From: a virus
Lineage: Duplodnaviria; Caudoviricetes
Length of the DNA: 31,714 nt
Strand: one strand, 5' to 3'
Virus record (IMG/VR): IMGVR_UViG_3300046171_000046
Location: 1-31,714 of that record
The first letter of the stretch is position 1; each line of letters begins with the position of its first letter. A model generated the notes under the pieces. It saw only the letters and a list, made by a program, of their open reading frames with translations, made no database searches and was not told where the DNA came from. Made by a program: the position numbers and the translations under genes. Below are positions 27,185 to 31,714 of this stretch, piece by piece.

Positions 27185-27401
27185 TTGTTTCTCCTTTGTT
27201 TTTAAGTTTGTTATATTCTTCTTTATATTGTCTACCAATCAAAGCATCAACTATAGTGATACTATTTCTACAATATTCTCTGATTGTTAGTAATGTGTCA
27301 GTACCATAACCTTTGAGTTCATAGAAACTTTTAATGTCATCTATTTTTTTAATAACATTGTTATAACCATGTTTCTGACCATCATAAAATTCATTGTTCA
27401 T
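27147..27401 (-). CDS. Hypothetical protein, first gene of the leftward arm
   Basis: ATG at 27401 with AGGAG RBS. Confidence 0.65.
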   Translation of the reverse strand: MNNEFYDGQKHGYNNVIKKIDDIKSFYELKGYGTDTLLTIREYCRNSITIVDALIGRQYKEEYNKLKNKGETNGNNKNTRKTKQ

Positions 27402-27427
27402 AATATTTCTCCTGTTGGTTGATAACA

Positions 27428-27487
27428 ACATTACACCTAAAGTATATCAATGTAAACCTTTTTTTTATACGAAAAGTAGTTTATACT
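27428..27487. promoter_or_regulatory. Divergent control region with leftward sigma70 promoter and operator-like sites
   Basis: Minus strand TTTACA (27456-27451)-N17-TAATGT (27433-27428). TACACCTAAAGTATA at 27432-27446, weaker TATACGAAAAGTAGT at 27466-27480, and plus-strand TATACT at 27482-27487. Confidence 0.6.
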
Positions 27488-27513
27488 CATTGGGGTAAAC
27501 AACAGGAGCAACA

Positions 27514-27705
27514 ATGATATTAAATCAATACATTAAAAAAGAAGGGATATCAGTATCTAAATTTGCTGATAAATGCAAGATACCATTGCCTACCATGTCG
27601 AAGTATTATTATGGAGAGAAGATACCAAGACAAGAGAACATGATGAAGATTTATAAGCAGACAGAGAAGAAAGTAACAGCTAATGATTTTTATGGAATAA
27701 AGTAA
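27514..27705 (+). CDS. Cro-like XRE helix-turn-helix regulator
   Basis: L..YI...GIS...FA....I...T.SKY..G..IP...I...T...VTANDF. 63 aa, AGGAG RBS, first gene of the rightward arm. Confidence 0.85.
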   Translation: MILNQYIKKEGISVSKFADKCKIPLPTMSKYYYGEKIPRQENMMKIYKQTEKKVTANDFYGIK

Positions 27706-28085
27706 TGTCTTTTCAATCAATGGCATGGGCAGTCAAACAAAATACTAAGAACAGTATTAGCAAACTTATTTTGCTTATGTTGGCTAATTATGCTGATGAA
27801 GAACATGCTTGTTATCCAAGCATCACACACATTGCAGAGTTGTGTCATTGCTCAGAGAGAAGTGTTAAAAGACATATAAAAGACTTACGAATAAGAGGAT
27901 ATATTAAGATTGGTAAAATAAAAGGCAGAGTGAATAATTGTAATAGATATATTCTTGGTAGTGCCAATGCTACACTAGTGACAGAGAGTGCAATCGGTAG
28001 TGACACAGTTGCCCACAATACTAATATAAAGCAAAGCAATATTTTAAATAAGGTTAAGAAGAATAAAAACTTCTTAGCAGGATAG
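27705..28085 (+). CDS. Winged-HTH replication initiator-like protein (HTH_36 type)
   Basis: MSF..M.WA...KL.LL.LA.YADE...CYPS...IA....CSERSV.R.I..L...G.I. Confidence 0.8.
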   Translation: MSFQSMAWAVKQNTKNSISKLILLMLANYADEEHACYPSITHIAELCHCSERSVKRHIKDLRIRGYIKIGKIKGRVNNCNRYILGSANATLVTESAIGSDTVAHNTNIKQSNILNKVKKNKNFLAG

Positions 28086-28099
28086 GTTTAGGAGATGAG

Positions 28100-28948
28100 A
28101 TGAAAAAGATTGAAGGGGTATATAGAGCAAAAGATTTAACAGAAGATATATGGGATTTATATAGAGGAAAATCACAGAAAAGATATTATTGTGGTTTCAG
28201 TTCGATTGATAAATATTTTAAGATAATAAAACCTTCTTTTAATTTATTTACAGGCACACCTAATTCAGGCAAGTCTAGTCTTACATTAGAGATAGCATTG
28301 AGAACTGCAAGAGAGCATGGTTTTAAGTTTCTTATATTCTCACCTGAGAGTTCTTTAGCTGTAAATCTTAAAAGATTAGTAGAGAAATATTGTCAGAAAC
28401 CATTTGATATTATGTTTCACAACAGAGCAGATGAAACAGAAGTATTGGAAGCTATAGAGTTTATACATGAGCATTTCCTTTTCATTGATAAGAAAGAAGA
28501 TAGTCCTGATATAGATTGGATACTTGAAAGAGCAAGATTAGTTCATAAGGAATTTGATATCGATGGCATGATACTAGACCCATACAATGAGATTAATCCT
28601 GAGAGAAATAATATCAGAGAAGATGAACATATCTCATTACTGATATCTAAGATAAAAAGATTCAACAGAGAGACACATACCTTTACATTTATTGTGGCAC
28701 ATCCTACCAAGCAGATTAGAGGTGCAGATGGATTATTCTCAGTAAATAGCCTTTATGATGTAAGTGGGTCAGCACATTGGAATAACAAGACAGATGTTGG
28801 GGTTATTGTTACAAGAGACTATGAGAATCAATGTACCAATGTAAGGATTTGCAAGATAAGAGAGATAGATGTACAGGGCAATATTGGGGAGTGTACTATC
28901 CGATGGAACAACAGTACCAAGTGTTTTGAGGACATTTCTGCCTTCTAA
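28100..28948 (+). CDS. SF4 (DnaB/T7 gp4/Twinkle-like) replicative helicase domain
   Basis: Walker A TGTPNSGKS, FSPE, ILDPYN, IVAHPTK and YDVSGSAHW.NK.D. Confidence 0.88.
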   Translation: MKKIEGVYRAKDLTEDIWDLYRGKSQKRYYCGFSSIDKYFKIIKPSFNLFTGTPNSGKSSLTLEIALRTAREHGFKFLIFSPESSLAVNLKRLVEKYCQKPFDIMFHNRADETEVLEAIEFIHEHFLFIDKKEDSPDIDWILERARLVHKEFDIDGMILDPYNEINPERNNIREDEHISLLISKIKRFNRETHTFTFIVAHPTKQIRGADGLFSVNSLYDVSGSAHWNNKTDVGVIVTRDYENQCTNVRICKIREIDVQGNIGECTIRWNNSTKCFEDISAF

Positions 28949-28965
28949 AAATAATTGTAAAAAGC

Positions 28966-29019
28966 TTTACATTATACTTAAAGTATATAATAATACTTAT
29001 ATAGGGTAATGAAACCCTA
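28966..29019 (+). promoter_or_regulatory. Rightward promoter with operator-like palindrome C and leader hairpin
   Basis: TTTACA (28966-28971)-N17-AATAAT. TATACTTAAAGTATA at 28973-28987 in the spacer. TAGGGT/ACCCTA hairpin at 29002-29019. Confidence 0.55.
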
Positions 29020-29041
29020 GTAAATATAGGAGAAACATAAT

Positions 29042-29455
29042 ATGACAAAGACAGAAATAGAAGAAAGAAAAGCAAAGAGAAAAGCATACTTTCAAAAGAT
29101 AAAGGAAAAATACGAAAAGATAGACCTTCATCAAATGCATAGCTTTGCAAAAAAAGTAGCAGAGCAACAAGCACACAAGGAGATTGACAAATACCCTGAT
29201 GGAGAACCTGAGTTCTCAGTAGGGTTTGCATGGGTCAATGTGTATGGTCTTAGAAAAAACTCAAAGCTAGTCAAGAAGTTTGAAGAAATTGGATTCAAAT
29301 GGAATGAATATAAGAAATGTTTAGGCATGTCTAGTTACAAGATTCTTGATTACAATGGTCAATGCATTATGGTCAAAGAAGCAGGTGTCCATGCATATGC
29401 TGATGTCTGTAAGAACTATGGTCTGGACATATATGCAGAATCAAGACTAGACTAA
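29042..29455 (+). CDS. Hypothetical protein in its own transcription unit
   Basis: AGGAG RBS. GFAWVN...GQ....KEA...AYA.V....G.......RLD. Flanked by a promoter and a terminator. Confidence 0.8.
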   Translation: MTKTEIEERKAKRKAYFQKIKEKYEKIDLHQMHSFAKKVAEQQAHKEIDKYPDGEPEFSVGFAWVNVYGLRKNSKLVKKFEEIGFKWNEYKKCLGMSSYKILDYNGQCIMVKEAGVHAYADVCKNYGLDIYAESRLD

Positions 29456-29474
29456 AACAAATCAACAGAGAAAG

Positions 29475-29504
29475 AGAGCAGTCAGAAATGATTGCTCTTT
29501 TTTT
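29475..29504 (+). terminator. Rho-independent terminator
   Basis: AGAGCAGTCA-GAAA-TGATTGCTCT (one G-U pair, GNRA loop) followed by a T run. Confidence 0.85.
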
Positions 29505-29528
29505 ATTTTTACTGTATAAAAAAGGTGT

Positions 29529-29912
29529 ATGCCAAAACTAGTAGACAAGAATCAAGAGACAGCAGATACAATAGAGAGACTTTCAGGTCTTGGATTAACA
29601 CACGAGCAGATAGGATATGTGGTTAATTTAAGCAAACCAACCATGTATAAGTATTATCATGAAGAACTTAAATCAGGTAAAGCTAAAGCTATAGCACAGA
29701 TTGCTACTAATCTTTTTCAAACAGCATGTGGTATTGGTAGAGATGCTTTAGTTGCTCAGATGTTTTTCTTGAAGACACAAGCAGGTTGGAAAGAAACTAA
29801 CATAGTAGAAGTGGAAAACATTACTGAACAAGATGATAAATTTAGAAAGCTCATTACAGAAATTCGAGACACTAGACCATCAGAGAAAGACAGCATCGAT
29901 TCTATTAACTGA
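29529..29912 (+). CDS. terS: Terminase small subunit
   Basis: HTH (GLT.EQI.......T.YKYY..EL..GKA) and AQMFFLKTQAGWKET. Directly upstream of TerL. Confidence 0.75.
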   Translation: MPKLVDKNQETADTIERLSGLGLTHEQIGYVVNLSKPTMYKYYHEELKSGKAKAIAQIATNLFQTACGIGRDALVAQMFFLKTQAGWKETNIVEVENITEQDDKFRKLITEIRDTRPSEKDSIDSIN

Positions 29913-31107
29913 GTGGTATCGGCACAAAGCTAGAGAAAATCAAGTTGTCAATGAATCTGACAAGTACAACATACACTTATTCTTAGCAGGTAGAGGTTGG
30001 GGTAAAACCTTAACAGGTGCTTATGACATTATTCAATACTGCTTAATCAATCGTGGTGTCATGTGTGGTGTTATTGCACCAACCTATGGTGATTTAAAAA
30101 GAGTTATCTTCTCAGGTGATTCAGGGTTCATGAATATCATCGACAGAGATTTACTTGGTGGTGCAGGATACAACAAGTCAGATAATGAGATAACATTTTA
30201 CAATGGTAGTAAGATAATCGGATTCCCTGCAATAGAACCTGACAGACTTCGTGGAGTACAGTTTCACAGAGCATGGTGTGATGAACTTGCATCATGGAGA
30301 TACAGAGAATCATTTGACAACCTTATGATGGCACTAAGACTAGGACAGAATCCTAAGTGCATCATTACAACAACACCAAGACCAACAAGACTAATCAAAG
30401 AACTTGCAACAAGAAGTGATACAGAAGTCATCAAGGGAAACACATTTGAGAATATAGATAATCTAGCACCATCAGCAGTTGCTATGCTTAAAGAACGATA
30501 TGAAGGCACAAGGATTGGAAGACAAGAACTGTATGCAGAGATATTAGAAGATGTAGAAGGAGCATTATTTAATTCAGGATTGATAGAAGATGCAAGAGTA
30601 AGAGAAGCTCCTGAGCTAGAAAGAATCGTTGTAGCAGTAGACCCTGCTGTAACATCAACAGAGACATCAGATGAGACAGGCATCATTGTTGCAGGTAGAG
30701 ATAAGGACAATCACTTTTATATTTTACAAGATGCTTCACAAGTAACCTCTCCTGATGTGTGGGTGAAAAAAGCAATAGAGTTATACAATCGTTACGAATG
30801 TGATAGGATTGTAGCAGAGGTTAATAATGGTGGAGATTTAATTGAACGACTTTTACGAACACAAGACAGCACAGTTCCTTACACAAGTGTTCGTGCTACG
30901 AGAGGAAAGCAAGTTAGAGCAGAACCAATCTCTGCATTGTACGAACAAAACAGAATACACCATGTCGGCTATTTCAAGGATTTAGAAGAACAGATGTGTC
31001 AATTCACAGGAAATAATGTAAAATCTCATGATGACAGGGTGGATGCTTTGGTATGGGCTATAACAAGTCTGCAAAGCTCAGGTAAAGCAATTTTTAGGAT
31101 AAGTTAA
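29833..31107 (+). CDS. terL: Terminase large subunit
   Basis: Walker A AGRGWGKT, RLRG.QF..AWCDE (Walker B), TTTP, nuclease VAVDPA and DDRVDALVWA. Confidence 0.95.
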   Translation: MINLESSLQKFETLDHQRKTASILLTEWYRHKARENQVVNESDKYNIHLFLAGRGWGKTLTGAYDIIQYCLINRGVMCGVIAPTYGDLKRVIFSGDSGFMNIIDRDLLGGAGYNKSDNEITFYNGSKIIGFPAIEPDRLRGVQFHRAWCDELASWRYRESFDNLMMALRLGQNPKCIITTTPRPTRLIKELATRSDTEVIKGNTFENIDNLAPSAVAMLKERYEGTRIGRQELYAEILEDVEGALFNSGLIEDARVREAPELERIVVAVDPAVTSTETSDETGIIVAGRDKDNHFYILQDASQVTSPDVWVKKAIELYNRYECDRIVAEVNNGGDLIERLLRTQDSTVPYTSVRATRGKQVRAEPISALYEQNRIHHVGYFKDLEEQMCQFTGNNVKSHDDRVDALVWAITSLQSSGKAIFRIS

Positions 31108-31109
31108 AC

Positions 31110-31714
31110 ATGGGATTATTTGATAGATTTTTTAAGACAGAAGAAAAACCAACACAAAGAAAAGAAGCACCTAAAGTTATGTTTAATAAACTTGATGCTT
31201 ACTCATCTAAGACCAACAGAAGATATAAAGACTATGCTAAGGATGGCTACCAAGAAAATGCTATTGTGCATAGATGTGTTCAGCTTATCTCTAACTCTGC
31301 ATCAGCAGTAAAGATATGTGTCTATAGTGGTGATACAAAACTAGAAAACCATGAACTCATATCATTACTAGATAGACCCAACCCATTGCAATCAGGTGTA
31401 GAATACTTTGCATCACTATATTCTTATTTACTAATATCAGGTAACTCATACATTCTAAGAGACACAGAATCATTTACACCACCAAGAGAATTATATTTAT
31501 TAAGACCTGACAGAATACAAATCAAGGGCAAGTGAATCAATAATACCAACAAGCTATGACTATGTTATCGATGGCATAGTTAGAAATACTTATCCTGTAG
31601 ACCCAAAGACAGGTAGTGGACAAATAAAACAGATTAAGCTTTGGTCTCCACTAGATGATTTTTATGGACTATCACCAATCGGTGCTAGTGCTTATAACAT
31701 TGACCAACATAACC
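31110..31714 (+). CDS. HK97-family portal protein, 3'-truncated, with an apparent 1-nt frameshift near 31526
   Basis: N.IVHRCV.LIS...A, LL.RPNP.Q, LLISGNSY and LY.LRPDR. Removing one G of GGG at 31526-31528 continues to PLDDFYGLSPI, a portal motif. Confidence 0.92.

Noticed and set aside
1-31714. Gene transfer agent or integrated prophage
   Set aside because: It has its own replication and recombination arm and a longer tape measure than RcGTA. No integrase, att site or host genes are visible.

Overview
The window is most of an AT-rich (roughly one-third GC by eye) HK97-type siphovirus genome, probably opened inside the portal gene of a circular or permuted molecule. Gene content resembles uncultured marine alphaproteobacterial (SAR11/uvMED-like, GTA-related) phages; the host is inferred, not shown. 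The plus strand carries a partial metallophosphoesterase, a Ref-like HNH nuclease, gpF, prohead protease and major capsid. A displaced tail-tip block follows: hub, an HlyC-like acyltransferase, a J-like tip protein, a fiber, two Kelch-propeller paralogs, three 2OG-Fe(II) oxygenases and a holin plus secreted/membrane cassette. After it come neck genes, tail tube, a tail chaperone with a -1 frameshift, tape measure and Dit. A minus-strand early arm encodes ERF, an SSB-like protein, YqaJ exonuclease, a fourth 2OG oxygenase, DUF3310 and a PD-(D/E)XK nuclease. It diverges from a Cro-like HTH, an initiator and a Twinkle/DnaB-like helicase, followed by TerS, TerL and portal. No integrase, DNA polymerase, primase, endolysin, tRNA or CRISPR array was recognised. 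The most interesting signals are (1) an RTX-toxin-activating (HlyC-like) acyltransferase coupled to the tail-tip gene, (2) Pro-rich Kelch propellers beside three hydroxylases, together suggesting a virion protein modification system, (3) near-total avoidance of GATC and CCAG/CTGG that relaxes only in the Kelch/oxygenase block, and (4) a repeated 15-bp operator-like palindrome at three promoters. All family calls come from motif recognition by eye and all motif counts are manual; no database searches were run.
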